Source of the DNA: Nitrospirota bacterium
Lineage (GTDB): Bacteria; Nitrospirota; UBA9217
Assembly: GCA_963749655.1 (NCBI GenBank)
Contig: CAVVOB010000030.1
Span: forward strand, 256,001-320,000
Length of the DNA: 64,000 nucleotides
Direction: 5' to 3'
The notes beneath the pieces are model-generated. The model made no database searches. It saw only the letters and a program-made list of their open reading frames with translations, and was not told the origin of the DNA. Shown here one piece after another: positions 47,324-56,675 of this stretch. Each line of letters starts with the position of its first letter. Position 1 is the stretch's first letter. Made by a program: the position numbers and the translations under genes.

Positions 47324-48742
47324 ATGAATGCCGCTGCCGCAACATATCTTTCTCAACTCGCTTCCATCACCGATCGCAAAGTATATCTCGTCGGCGGGTC
47401 CGTCCGCGACCTCCTGCTCGGCAGGCAGGACCTCAAGGACATCGACCTGCTGATGCCCTCCGGCTCAGAGGAGGTCGCGCGGAAATTCGCCGAACGGATC
47501 AAGGGGAGCTTCTTTTTTCTCGACGAAGAGCGCAAGATCACGCGCGTCGTGAAACAGGGCGAAGGCGAAGCTCTCCAGTTCGATTTTACGAACATCGAAG
47601 GTCCGGACCTCGCCGCCGATCTCGGCAGACGGGATTTTACGATCAATGCCATGGCGCTCGATCTGCGGGAGTTTCTCGCACGGGGATCCCTCGAAGGATT
47701 AATCGACCTGTTCGGCGGAAGAGACGACGTAAAAAACAGGACCATCCGGGTGGCGAAGCCGGCTGTGCTGACGGAGGATCCGCTCCGCCTTCTGCGCGCA
47801 GCGCGGTTTGCCGCGACGCTCGGTTTCCGCATCGAGGACAGGACCGCGGAGCACATTCGCCTGCGCGCGCGGGCGCTCTCCGACGCCGCTCCCGAACGGA
47901 TCCGGGACGAGTTCTTCCTCCTTCTGGCGGAACGTGATGCGGAAAAGAACCTTCAGCTGCTCGATTCGCTCGGTCTGTTGTCCCGTCTGCTTCCCGAGCT
48001 CGAACCGCTGCGCGGGTTTGCGCCGGGCCGGTATCATGTTCACGACGTCCTGACCCACTCCTTGAAGACCACAGGATATCTCGACGCCGTCCTCGATGAT
48101 CTCGCAGACCTGGCTTCCGACCACGCAGACTCCGTTCGCAGCCATCTGGAAGAGCAGTTGGAGCACCAGATCACGAGAAAAGCGGCCCTTCGCTTTGCCT
48201 GCCTGCTCCACGACAACGCCAAACCCGAAACCTTCAGCAGCATCGACGGACATATCCGCTTTCACGGCCATGACCATGCGGGCGCGGAAAAGGCCGCTTT
48301 CATCTGCCGGCGGTTCAGGCTGTCACGGGACACCGAGAAGGCCGTCTCGAAGGTCATCAAGCAGCACATGCGTTTGTTCAATCTCTCAGCGCCCGGCGGA
48401 CCGAGCAGGAACGCCCTATACCGATACTGCCGCGATCTGGGCGATGCCGTGCCCGAAGGCCTTCTCCTTGCCCAGGCCGACGCCCGCGCAACCTATGAGA
48501 TCATGCCGAAGGAAAAGTTCACCGATACCACGAAAACCATGGCGGCTGTCCTGGACTTTTATTACGGCAAGTTCCTGAAGACCGAGGCCAGGCCCTTCGT
48601 GACCGGCCAGGACCTGATCAACGCGGGCTTCGTCCCGGGGCCGAAGTTCCGCGAAATCCTGGAAGAGGTAAAAGAGCGGCAGGCGGAGGGAGCGCTCAAG
48701 AACCGCGATGAGGCGCTTGACTACCTGAAGAACTTCAGGTAA
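47324..48742 (+). CDS. class II tRNA nucleotidyltransferase with HD domain, probable CC-adding enzyme
   Basis: GGSVRD...DID, RRDFTINAM, EDPLR, LLHD; very short flexible loop. Confidence 0.85.
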   Translation: MNAAAATYLSQLASITDRKVYLVGGSVRDLLLGRQDLKDIDLLMPSGSEEVARKFAERIKGSFFFLDEERKITRVVKQGEGEALQFDFTNIEGPDLAADLGRRDFTINAMALDLREFLARGSLEGLIDLFGGRDDVKNRTIRVAKPAVLTEDPLRLLRAARFAATLGFRIEDRTAEHIRLRARALSDAAPERIRDEFFLLLAERDAEKNLQLLDSLGLLSRLLPELEPLRGFAPGRYHVHDVLTHSLKTTGYLDAVLDDLADLASDHADSVRSHLEEQLEHQITRKAALRFACLLHDNAKPETFSSIDGHIRFHGHDHAGAEKAAFICRRFRLSRDTEKAVSKVIKQHMRLFNLSAPGGPSRNALYRYCRDLGDAVPEGLLLAQADARATYEIMPKEKFTDTTKTMAAVLDFYYGKFLKTEARPFVTGQDLINAGFVPGPKFREILEEVKERQAEGALKNRDEALDYLKNFR

Positions 48743-48762
48743 AACCGAAACGGAGTGTTTGT

Positions 48763-48999
48763 ATGAAGAAAAGAATTGAAGAAATGTCGATCGACGAATT
48801 GAAAATAGAATTGAACCGCCTCAAGGACAACCTTTGCGACCTCGAGGACATGCACACTTTTACCTTCGGCAAGACCTCGGTCCACATCGGCGCGGAAAAA
48901 GCGCAGAACCTGACCCAGGAATACGAGGATGAATGCCGCCTGTTCAACGAGCAGATCGCGGCAGTGGAGAAGCTGCTGAAGACAAAGGGCGTCAGGTAG
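48763..48999 (+). CDS. small charged coiled-coil hypothetical protein
   Basis: 78-aa ORF with GGAG SD, fills the gap between genes. Confidence 0.65.
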   Translation: MKKRIEEMSIDELKIELNRLKDNLCDLEDMHTFTFGKTSVHIGAEKAQNLTQEYEDECRLFNEQIAAVEKLLKTKGVR

Positions 49000-49001
49000 T
49001 A

Positions 49002-50987
49002 TTATTCCTGTAGCCCTTTCACGAGATCATAGATTCCCGGATAATCGCTTTTTACTGCGTCCGTCTCTTCCCTGAGCATCCTGAGCGCCTCGGGAATGTG
49101 TTTTTCAAAGTACTTCTTGCCCTTGACCGCGGAAAGGAATCCGTAGGCGCCAAGCGCCTGCATATGGCGCTGGAGCCGGCAGGGGACGAGGCTTTCCCGG
49201 AATACGCCCGCCTGAAATTCGTAGGGCTGTTTTTCCCGCTCACTCACATAGTAGGCAAGCAGTTTTTCCCGCATCCTGTCGTCCAGCCGGAAATAGGGGT
49301 CCCAGAGGATCGACGCAACGTCGTAGGCCGCCGGCGCCATGCGCGCGCCCTGGAAGTCGATGACCCGCGGCATGCCGCCTGCGGTGATCATGATGTTCTG
49401 GCTCTGGAAGTCGCGATGGATCACGCCCTTCGGGTAGGCGTCCACCTTCCGGGCAAGGAGATGGAACTCTTCCTCGATGGCCGTCCGGTTTGACACTACA
49501 TTCCCCTTCATCCCGATCACGAAGCGCTCAAGAAAATAACCGGTCTCCCACCGCAGATGTTCATAGTCGAAGATCCGCGATTTGAGGAGCAGGCATTCAT
49601 GCACGTGGCTGGTGATGCGGGAATGAAGCGTTACGAGGACATCGAGGACGCTGCGGTAGATATCCTCGATATGGTCCGCGTCGTGGGGGAACTTCATGTA
49701 GGAGTAAAGGCTGGTGTCGCCCAGGTCCTCGAAGAGCGCGTGCTTTCCTGCATCGTCGGAAGCGATCAGGCCCGGTACGGGGATCGAATGGCCCGAGAAG
49801 AACCGGGTGTAGACGATATGCCGTTCATAATCCGGGTCGTCAGGCCTGCATTCCATGAGGACCGCCGATTTACCGTCGTTCCGCACGCGGAAGTAGCGTC
49901 GGTCGGAGCCGCCGAGCCCGATGAGGACGGCGTCCGCGCGGATCCCGGATTGCGAATTTCGAATCGCGGATCGAGGCGCTTCGGCTGCGACGCCGAAGTA
50001 GCGCGCGAAGAGCGGATCTGCGAGAGATATCGTCTTTTGCTCCCGCGCGTGGAGCGTGGGCTGCATGTCCGTTTCCCGGAGATCGACGGCATAGTCCGGA
50101 CCGATGATCCGGTTTTTCTGTCTGCCTGAAACGCGCGCACCGGGCATCACGATGCAGTTCCTGATCCGCGCCTTGTCGTCTACCGTGCTTCCCTGTTCCA
50201 GCACGACATAGCCGTCTATCCCGATCTTTCCGCACTGCGCTGCAGGAGATCGATGGACCATTTCCCCTGTCTCCCGCAGGGCGTCGAGAACGCTGCCTGC
50301 ATAGGCCGCGGGCGTTCCGACGTCGTTCCAGTAGGCCCCGGTGACATCAAGCGCCTGCACGCGGCGCCCCGCTTTCGCGGCTGCGAGCCACGCAACGGTC
50401 GCATGGGACACGCCCGGAGGAAGGAACTGCAGGATCTCGGGCGAGTACAGGGCAATGCCGGTGTAGGCCGTTTTGTTCGCGACGCGGCCCGGATCGGGCC
50501 GGGAGTCCCCGGGGTTCTCGACGTCCAGAACGAGGCCGTTGTCATCGATGACCACATTGCTGAGCCTCGGGATCCGGTGCGTAACAAGTGTGGCGGTGTT
50601 GTTGTTCCGGAAATGGGTCTCGATCAGTCGCGAGAAATCGATGTCGAGGAGGATGTCGGAATTATGGACGATGAAGGGGCACTTGGACAGCAGCAGTTCG
50701 GCGTTCTTGAGCGCGCCGCCGGTGCCGAGGATAGGGTCCTCGGGGAAGAAGGTGATGCGGCTGGTCCAGGGTGACGAACCGGCCCACGATCGTATCAACT
50801 CCGGCTTCCAGTGAAGGTTGATCCCGATAGCGCCGTCGCACACCGAGGTAAGCCGCTCCAGGATGATCTCGATAAGCGGCTTGCCGAGTATCGGGAGCAG
50901 CGGCTTGGGCAGGTGGTTTGTTATAGGCTTCATCCGCTCGCCGAGGCCCGCGGCGGGGAGAAATATGGTGATTTGATGCTTGAACAT
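49002..50987 (-). CDS. fused MurU-like nucleotidyltransferase / AmgK-like sugar kinase
   Basis: PAAGLGERMKP...PKPL, GTGG; GGSDRRYFR, HRDFQSQN, IDFQ, YDVASILWDPY. Confidence 0.88.
   Translation of the reverse strand: MFKHQITIFLPAAGLGERMKPITNHLPKPLLPILGKPLIEIILERLTSVCDGAIGINLHWKPELIRSWAGSSPWTSRITFFPEDPILGTGGALKNAELLLSKCPFIVHNSDILLDIDFSRLIETHFRNNNTATLVTHRIPRLSNVVIDDNGLVLDVENPGDSRPDPGRVANKTAYTGIALYSPEILQFLPPGVSHATVAWLAAAKAGRRVQALDVTGAYWNDVGTPAAYAGSVLDALRETGEMVHRSPAAQCGKIGIDGYVVLEQGSTVDDKARIRNCIVMPGARVSGRQKNRIIGPDYAVDLRETDMQPTLHAREQKTISLADPLFARYFGVAAEAPRSAIRNSQSGIRADAVLIGLGGSDRRYFRVRNDGKSAVLMECRPDDPDYERHIVYTRFFSGHSIPVPGLIASDDAGKHALFEDLGDTSLYSYMKFPHDADHIEDIYRSVLDVLVTLHSRITSHVHECLLLKSRIFDYEHLRWETGYFLERFVIGMKGNVVSNRTAIEEEFHLLARKVDAYPKGVIHRDFQSQNIMITAGGMPRVIDFQGARMAPAAYDVASILWDPYFRLDDRMREKLLAYYVSEREKQPYEFQAGVFRESLVPCRLQRHMQALGAYGFLSAVKGKKYFEKHIPEALRMLREETDAVKSDYPGIYDLVKGLQE
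49939..49973. repeat. five degenerate heptamers inside a coding linker
   Basis: CGGATCC CGGATTG CGAATTT CGAATCG CGGATCG, encoding RSAIRNSQSGIR on the minus strand. Confidence 0.65.
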
Positions 50988-50994
50988 ATTTTTT

Positions 50995-51100
50995 GCCACG
51001 AATTTACACGAATTTTCACGAAGAAGGACTTTAAATTAAGATTACGATATGTACGATATGTAAATTTTTTAAATTCGTGTCCATTCGTGTAATTCGTGGC
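50995..51100. repeat. inverted element with 9-10-nt periodic arms
   Basis: GCCACGAATT TACACGAATT TTCACGAA ... TTCGTGT CCATTCGTGT AATTCGTGGC; perfect 10-bp terminal IR; AT-rich core with TACGATATG x2. Confidence 0.85.
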
Positions 51101-51138
51101 TGATTCGTTTTTGAGTCATTCGGGGTTTTTTGCGGCCC

Positions 51139-52326
51139 TCATCGATAGAGCAAATATTTCTTCCGTGTCTTCTCGAACGCCCTCGCTTCTTCCTTCCACC
51201 ACTTTTCCATCCCGTCCAGATCGTTCCACGCTTCGACGTCCTTCCGCAGCCGGTCCGTTCCCGCAAGGATGTCGATGGGAAGGTTGATCTCTTCGTATTC
51301 GTAGGGCGGCTGGTTCCACTTGAACTCGCGGGGATAGGTGTTGTGGACGGCTTTCAGGATCGCGACGCCGGTCTTGAAAGGCCTGAATTTTTCCCGGTCC
51401 ATGACATGGATCTGCGCCCCGCCGCAGAGAGACCCCGCGTGCTTCTGGAACGTGGGCTGGAACGAGAGCGGGCGGAAGACCACGCCGGGAAGCCTGAACT
51501 CCCGCAGCACGTTCACGATCGTTTCCGCGTGAATGAAGGGCGCCCCGAATATTTCGAAGGGCCGGGTCGTGCCGCGGCCCTCGGACAGGTTCGTCGCCTC
51601 GAGCAGGCACATGCCGGGATAGACGAGCGCCGTGTCGAGGGTGGGCATGTTGGGCGAGGGCAGGACCCAGGGAAGGCCGGTGTGGTCGAACCACATCTTC
51701 CTTTTCCAGCCCTTCATGGCAATGACGCGGTAGTCGAGGTCCCGGTGGAAAGCGTCGCGCAGATATCCGCCGATTTCGCCGATGGTCATGCCGTGGCGTA
51801 CGGGCAGCGGCCGCAGCCCCACGAAGGACGAAAAATCGGGCTGCAGCACCGGGCCTTCGGCAAGATGACCGGCAATGGGATTGGGCCGGTCGAGCACGAG
51901 CACGGATTTGCCCGCCTCGCGGCAGGCCTGCATGCAGAGCTCGAGGGTCCAGATGAAGGTGTAATAGCGGCTGCCCACGTCCTGCAGGTCGATCACGAGG
52001 ACGTCGATGTTCGCGAGCATCTCGGGCCGGGGCTTGCGCGCCTTGCCGTAGAGGCTGTAGACCGGCAGTCCCGTGGACGGGTCGCGGAACCCTTCCCACT
52101 CGATCATATTGTCCTGGGTCTGGCCCAGGATGCCGTGCTGCGGACCGAAAAGCGTCGTGACCAGGAATTTTTTCGAAGCCCTGCAGACCGCGACCGCGTG
52201 CTGCAGCCTGCTGTTCACCGACGCCGGATGGACCACGAGCCCGATGCGGGCGCCCCTGAACTCGCGGGGCCACCGGGCATCAACGAGATCGAGGCCGGTG
52301 CGGGTCAATTTTTTTCCTGTCGGCAT
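51139..52326 (-). CDS. exo-beta-N-acetylmuramidase NamZ family (DUF1343)
   Basis: LFGPQHG, YSLYG, DLQDVGSRYYTF, DRPNP, RHGMTIGE, PSPNMP, SEGRGTTRPFE; start ATG 52326, no signal peptide. Confidence 0.92.
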   Translation of the reverse strand: MPTGKKLTRTGLDLVDARWPREFRGARIGLVVHPASVNSRLQHAVAVCRASKKFLVTTLFGPQHGILGQTQDNMIEWEGFRDPSTGLPVYSLYGKARKPRPEMLANIDVLVIDLQDVGSRYYTFIWTLELCMQACREAGKSVLVLDRPNPIAGHLAEGPVLQPDFSSFVGLRPLPVRHGMTIGEIGGYLRDAFHRDLDYRVIAMKGWKRKMWFDHTGLPWVLPSPNMPTLDTALVYPGMCLLEATNLSEGRGTTRPFEIFGAPFIHAETIVNVLREFRLPGVVFRPLSFQPTFQKHAGSLCGGAQIHVMDREKFRPFKTGVAILKAVHNTYPREFKWNQPPYEYEEINLPIDILAGTDRLRKDVEAWNDLDGMEKWWKEEARAFEKTRKKYLLYR

Positions 52327-52332
52327 GGCCAG

Positions 52333-52420
52333 ATTATATTGCCTGCGAAGTTGAATAGCAACAGGAAAGTTCCCCCCTGATGCTCCGCACGTTGAAAATG
52401 CGCGGCGGCTCATCTATAAT
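52333..52420. promoter_or_regulatory. divergent sigma70 promoters, both apparently leaderless
   Basis: Minus: TTGCTA(52361-56)-17-TATAAT(52338-33), 6 nt, ATG. Plus: TTGAAA(52392-97)-17-TATAAT(52415-20), 6 nt, ATG. Confidence 0.75.
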
Positions 52421-52426
52421 AGCTCC

Positions 52427-52600
52427 ATGCCCTACAAAGTCGTGGAAACGAGCGTTGTTACCGACGAGGAGATCGAGCGCATCCTGAACGAGTGGACGGA
52501 GAAAGGATACGTTTTTGAAAGTATCCAGTTCGTGACCGCGGTGTCCTCCAAGAGGCCGTCCATGGCCTTCCTGTTCTTTACGAGGAGTCCTTCAGCGTAA
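52427..52600 (+). CDS. 57-aa protein, DUF4177-like (not in ORF track)
   Basis: MPYKVVETSVVTDEEIERILNEWTEKGYVFESIQFVTAVSSKRPSMAFLFFTRSPSA*; promoter directly upstream. Confidence 0.75.
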   Translation: MPYKVVETSVVTDEEIERILNEWTEKGYVFESIQFVTAVSSKRPSMAFLFFTRSPSA

Positions 52601-52614
52601 GAAGTCAAAAATAT

Positions 52615-52690
52615 ACCGCAAAGCCGCCGAGAGCGCCGAGGACCCGTCGATCTTTAAGTCTTGTTCTCCGCGTCTCTTCGCCTCGGCGGT
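52615..52690. repeat. inverted element with ~9-nt periodic arms
   Basis: ACCGCAAAGCCGCCGAGAGCGCCGAG ... CTCCGCGTCTCTTCGCCTCGGCGGT. Confidence 0.7.
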
Positions 52691-52819
52691 TAAATCGGTT
52701 TTTCCGAATTCCTGAATCAATGAAACCATAAGAGATCGTGTCACACACGAAACCCCGAAGATCACTAAAGAAAATAATTTCGATTTTATCATCTCCCGGG
52801 CACCGGGAAAGGAGTCTGC

Positions 52820-53519
52820 ATGCACGTCCTGATCATAAAAAACGTCTTCAGCGAAGGCCCGGGAACGATCGAAGAACACCTTCGGACCAGGCGCATCCCT
52901 TATACGCAGATCGACCTCAGCATCGGCGACGCCGCGCCGAACCTGGACGCCTTTTCCCACGTGGTCGTCCTTGGCGGACCCATGGCGGTGTACGAGATGC
53001 ATAAATATCCCTACCTGATCACCGAGGCTTTACTCATCGACCGCGCTATCAAGGCGGGCAAACCGGTCCTGGGCGTATGTCTCGGGGCGCAAATGGTTGC
53101 TCATGTGCTGGGGGCCAAGGTCTACCCCGGCGGAGCGAAGGAGATCGGCTGGTTCGAGGTTTCGCTTACCGAGGCCGGCGCAGCCGATCCCTGCCTGTCT
53201 GCTCTGAAACTTCCGGGAAAAAGCGCTGCGCAGGTCTTTCAATGGCACGGGGACACCTTTGACCTGCCCCGCAGCGCCGTGCGGCTGGCATCATCGGGCC
53301 TCTATCCGAACCAGGCTTTCCGCTACGGGGAAAGCGTTTATGCGCTCCAATTCCATATAGAAGTAACACCGGAGATCGTTCAGACCTGGCTTGCCCCGGA
53401 GAAGGGCATCGATTTCAGCGGGATCAACGCCGATTCAGAGAAGATTCTACGGAGCCTACCGCGAGCGGGCCGCGGCATTTTACGCGCGTTTCTTCACACC
53501 ATCTCCGGACAGCGAGTGA
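52820..53519 (+). CDS. type 1 glutamine amidotransferase; frameshift near 53447
   Basis: LGGPM, GVCLGAQ, QWHGDTF, QFHIE; removing one base gives ...YGAYRERAAAFYARFF... stop 53519, clear of the gspC promoter. Confidence 0.85.
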
Positions 53520-53576
53520 CAGGCGATGGAACGCATCTCCAGGCCTGTAAATCCGCGCTCCTCAACGCGTTAGTAA

Positions 53577-53605
53577 TTGACAACCCTGGATGTAAAGAGT
53601 ATAAT
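53577..53605 (+). promoter_or_regulatory. sigma70 promoter of T2SS operon
   Basis: TTGACA-17-TATAAT perfect consensus, 40 nt before gspC. Confidence 0.88.
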
Positions 53606-53645
53606 TTTCTGAGTTTAAAAGGGCATTTGACGAAGCGAAAGTATT

Positions 53646-54464
53646 ATGAAAGAACAGAAAACGGTCCATAATCTCATTCTGGTTGCGCTCCTCACGGTGT
53701 CGGCCTATTTTCTCGCAGATACGGTGGACGCCATGATCGGCCGGAGTCTTGAAGCAACTCCGACCTATGCCATGCCGGTGCAGCGCGATCGTCAGGGCCT
53801 GCAGCCCCAGCACACGATGAGCGATTATTCTTCCATCCTGGAGCGCGGGCTGTTCGGCGAGGGGAGAGGGCCGTCAGCCGGACCTGCCGCCGCAGCCGCA
53901 TCAGCCTATACGCTGATCGGGACCGTGGAGGGCGAAATGTTCGCCGGCGCCGTGCTCGATGACGGCACAGGCCAGGTTTTCTACCGGATTCATCAGCGGA
54001 TGCCCGACGGATCCTCCATCATCAAGGTGATGCGCGAGAAGGTCATGCTGCGAAAGTCCGACGGCACGACCGTTACGATCCAGGTCGTCGACGATACGAA
54101 GATCGTGCCCCTTAAGAACGGCAGCGATGTGAAGCGGCTTTCGGACGGCAAGTACGTGGTCGACCAGAAGGAAGTGCTCGCCAGCACCGAGAATATGAGC
54201 CAGATCCTGACGCAGGCGAGGGCGCTTCCTTTCATAGAGCAGGGAAAGACCGTGGGGTTCAGGATCAGCGAGATCACGCCCGGAAGCATCTACGAAAAGA
54301 TCGGCCTGCAGAACGGCGACGTGATCCAGAAGGTTAATGCACAGGACGTGGACGATCCGGCAAAATTCTTCCAGCTTTACCAGGGGCTCAAGAACGAGCA
54401 GAGCATCACTATCGACCTTCTTCGCGGCGGCCAGCGCCAAACCCTGAATTACGAAATTCGCTAA
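53646..54464 (+). CDS. gspC: type II secretion protein GspC
   Basis: N-terminal TM, HR domain (LIGTV), PDZ (GLQNGDVIQKVN); first gene of gsp operon. Confidence 0.88.
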   Translation: MKEQKTVHNLILVALLTVSAYFLADTVDAMIGRSLEATPTYAMPVQRDRQGLQPQHTMSDYSSILERGLFGEGRGPSAGPAAAAASAYTLIGTVEGEMFAGAVLDDGTGQVFYRIHQRMPDGSSIIKVMREKVMLRKSDGTTVTIQVVDDTKIVPLKNGSDVKRLSDGKYVVDQKEVLASTENMSQILTQARALPFIEQGKTVGFRISEITPGSIYEKIGLQNGDVIQKVNAQDVDDPAKFFQLYQGLKNEQSITIDLLRGGQRQTLNYEIR

Positions 54465-54469
54465 ACCAC

Positions 54470-54623
54470 GCCACAGAGGCATGGAAGCTAGATCCCGAAC
54501 GCGAAATCCTAAACGCTCAGCAGCAGGTGCCAGCGACCTGGGAAGCATCGCGTCTGACTCCCGGCTCTTGTTTAGTATTTCGAGTTTCGGATTTAGTATC
54601 GGAATTCCCCCTCTCTCTGTGGC
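54470..54623. repeat. nested inverted repeat element, gspC-gspD junction
   Basis: Outer GCCACAGAG/CTCTGTGGC; inner CCGAACGCGAAATCCTAAAC vs GTTTAGTATTTCGAGTTTCGG. Confidence 0.75.
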
Positions 54624-54647
54624 ATATTCTTTTTCCGGAGGACAAGA

Positions 54648-56675
54648 GTGAAAAGAACTGTAGCCCTGACGCTCGTAATAGGGCTTGTGTGCGCTCCGGC
54701 ATCCTACGCTCAGACGTCAGGAAAGCCGGATTCTGCGGGAACGGCCTCACCGGAGCCCGCGTCCGTCCGCCCTTCGCCGGACCAGCAGGAAGTGAAGAAA
54801 CGCCGGTCAAGCGACGATTTCATAACGCTCAATTTTACGAATATCGACATCAGTGCGCTCGTCAAGGTGATGAGCGAGCTGACCCGCCGCAACTTTATCC
54901 TCGATGAGCGCGTGACCGGCAAGGTGACGCTCATGACGCCGACGAAGATCTCCCCTGATGAGGCCTATCAGGTGTTTCTCTCGGCGCTCGAGATCAAGGG
55001 CTTCACGGCTTTTGAGGACGGCAAGGTCGTCCGGATCATCGCCGCGGCCTCGGCGCGCCAGAGCGGACTCAAGGTCGTCCAGGACGGCGACATGCGCGGG
55101 GAAGGGTTCGTGACCAAGCTTATCCGTATGAGTTACGTCAACCCCCAGGAGATCGTCCGCACGATCTCGCCGCTCGTGAGCAAGGACGGTTCCATCTTGG
55201 CCTATGCCCCGACGAACTCGGTCATCGTTACCGACACCGTGTCCAATATCAGGAAGCTCGACAGCCTTATTCATGCCATGGACACGGCTGCGCCCGACGG
55301 CAAGGGAAAGATCAACGTCTATTATCTCAGGAACGCCAATTCCGAGGAGCTTGCCAAGATCATGCAGGCGCTCGTATCCAAGCTGCCGGTGCCGACCGCT
55401 GCCGGGGCCGCCCAGGCTGCCGGGGCCGCCAGCATCCTTGAAGGAAGCGTTTCCATCAATTCGGACAAAGCCACGAACTCGCTCATCGTCGTCGCTTCCC
55501 CCGGCGATTACGAGATTATGAAAGACGTGATCCAGAAGCTCGATATCAGGCGCCGCCAGGTCTATGTGGAGGCCGCCATCATCGAGATGAGCCTTTCAAA
55601 GCAGCGCGACCTCGGATTCGAGTTCCAGGTTCCCGTCTCCCAGAGCGCGATCGACGGCACCTCGGCGGCCGCCGTCGGAGGGACGAACTTCGGCAACATC
55701 GGCAATGTGGTGACCGGCGGGCCCGCCGGCCTTGCCAGCATGAACGGACTGGCCATAGGGGCGATCAAGGGCTCTTTTACGTATAACGGCACAACCTTTC
55801 TCAGTGTGGGAGCGCTTCTGCACGCCCTCCAGACCGACTCCGATGTGAATGTCCTGTCGACGCCCAATATTCTCACCATGGACAACCAGAAGGCCGAGAT
55901 CATGGTCGGCCAGAACGTCCCCTTTGTGACCGGCCAGACGCAGAATGCGACGACGGGCAGCGGGACCCTGTTCAACTCCATCGAACGCAAGGACGTGGGC
56001 ATTTCGCTTAAAATCACGCCCCAGATCACGTCCGACGACAACGTGCGGCTCGAAATCTACCAGGAAATCTCCGATGTGGTTCAAAGCGCCACGGCCTCGA
56101 GCAACGGCCCCACGACAAGCAAGCGCTCGGCGAGCACGACCGTCGTCGTGAAGGACCGCCAGACCATGGTCATCGGCGGCCTGATCCGCGACAACGTGGT
56201 TGCGACGACCTCGAAGGTGCCGTTCCTGGGCGATATCCCCGTCCTCGGCTGGCTTTTCAAGTCGAAGTCGACGAGGGTCGAAAAGACGAACCTCATGATC
56301 TTCCTGACGCCCTATATCATCAAGGACGAGGCTGAGGCGAACGAGCTGACGAACATGAAAAACAAGTCTCTCGAGGATTTCCGGAAGGAGTATCGCATCG
56401 AGAAGAAGAGCATCGAACCTACGAAGCTCAAGCCGAAGGCAGAAGGGCCGTCGGAGAAGCCGGCCGCGGCCGTGACGGCCCCCGCTGCCGCTGGTTCCGC
56501 GCCGACCGTCACTGCGGCGCCTTCCTCCGCAGCGCCCCAACAGCCGGAGGCGGTGAGCGGCGCCCCGGTCCGGAATCCTCCGGTTGTGTCAGCGCCGCCG
56601 CAGGAGCCGGCGTCCTCCCCCACAGCGACCCTGCCTCCGGGAAAGCCCGAGGCCCCGAAAGAGGACGCGCGGTGA
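54648..56675 (+). CDS. gspD: type II secretion secretin GspD
   Basis: Signal peptide, N0 domain, RRQVYVEAAI, NVLSTP, KVPFLGDIPVLGWLF; Pro/Ala-rich tail. Confidence 0.95.
   Translation: MKRTVALTLVIGLVCAPASYAQTSGKPDSAGTASPEPASVRPSPDQQEVKKRRSSDDFITLNFTNIDISALVKVMSELTRRNFILDERVTGKVTLMTPTKISPDEAYQVFLSALEIKGFTAFEDGKVVRIIAAASARQSGLKVVQDGDMRGEGFVTKLIRMSYVNPQEIVRTISPLVSKDGSILAYAPTNSVIVTDTVSNIRKLDSLIHAMDTAAPDGKGKINVYYLRNANSEELAKIMQALVSKLPVPTAAGAAQAAGAASILEGSVSINSDKATNSLIVVASPGDYEIMKDVIQKLDIRRRQVYVEAAIIEMSLSKQRDLGFEFQVPVSQSAIDGTSAAAVGGTNFGNIGNVVTGGPAGLASMNGLAIGAIKGSFTYNGTTFLSVGALLHALQTDSDVNVLSTPNILTMDNQKAEIMVGQNVPFVTGQTQNATTGSGTLFNSIERKDVGISLKITPQITSDDNVRLEIYQEISDVVQSATASSNGPTTSKRSASTTVVVKDRQTMVIGGLIRDNVVATTSKVPFLGDIPVLGWLFKSKSTRVEKTNLMIFLTPYIIKDEAEANELTNMKNKSLEDFRKEYRIEKKSIEPTKLKPKAEGPSEKPAAAVTAPAAAGSAPTVTAAPSSAAPQQPEAVSGAPVRNPPVVSAPPQEPASSPTATLPPGKPEAPKEDAR

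Noticed and set aside
53447-53671. Extended GATase C-terminus overlapping gspC
   Set aside because: Frameshift artefact; the extension would run across the consensus gspC promoter.
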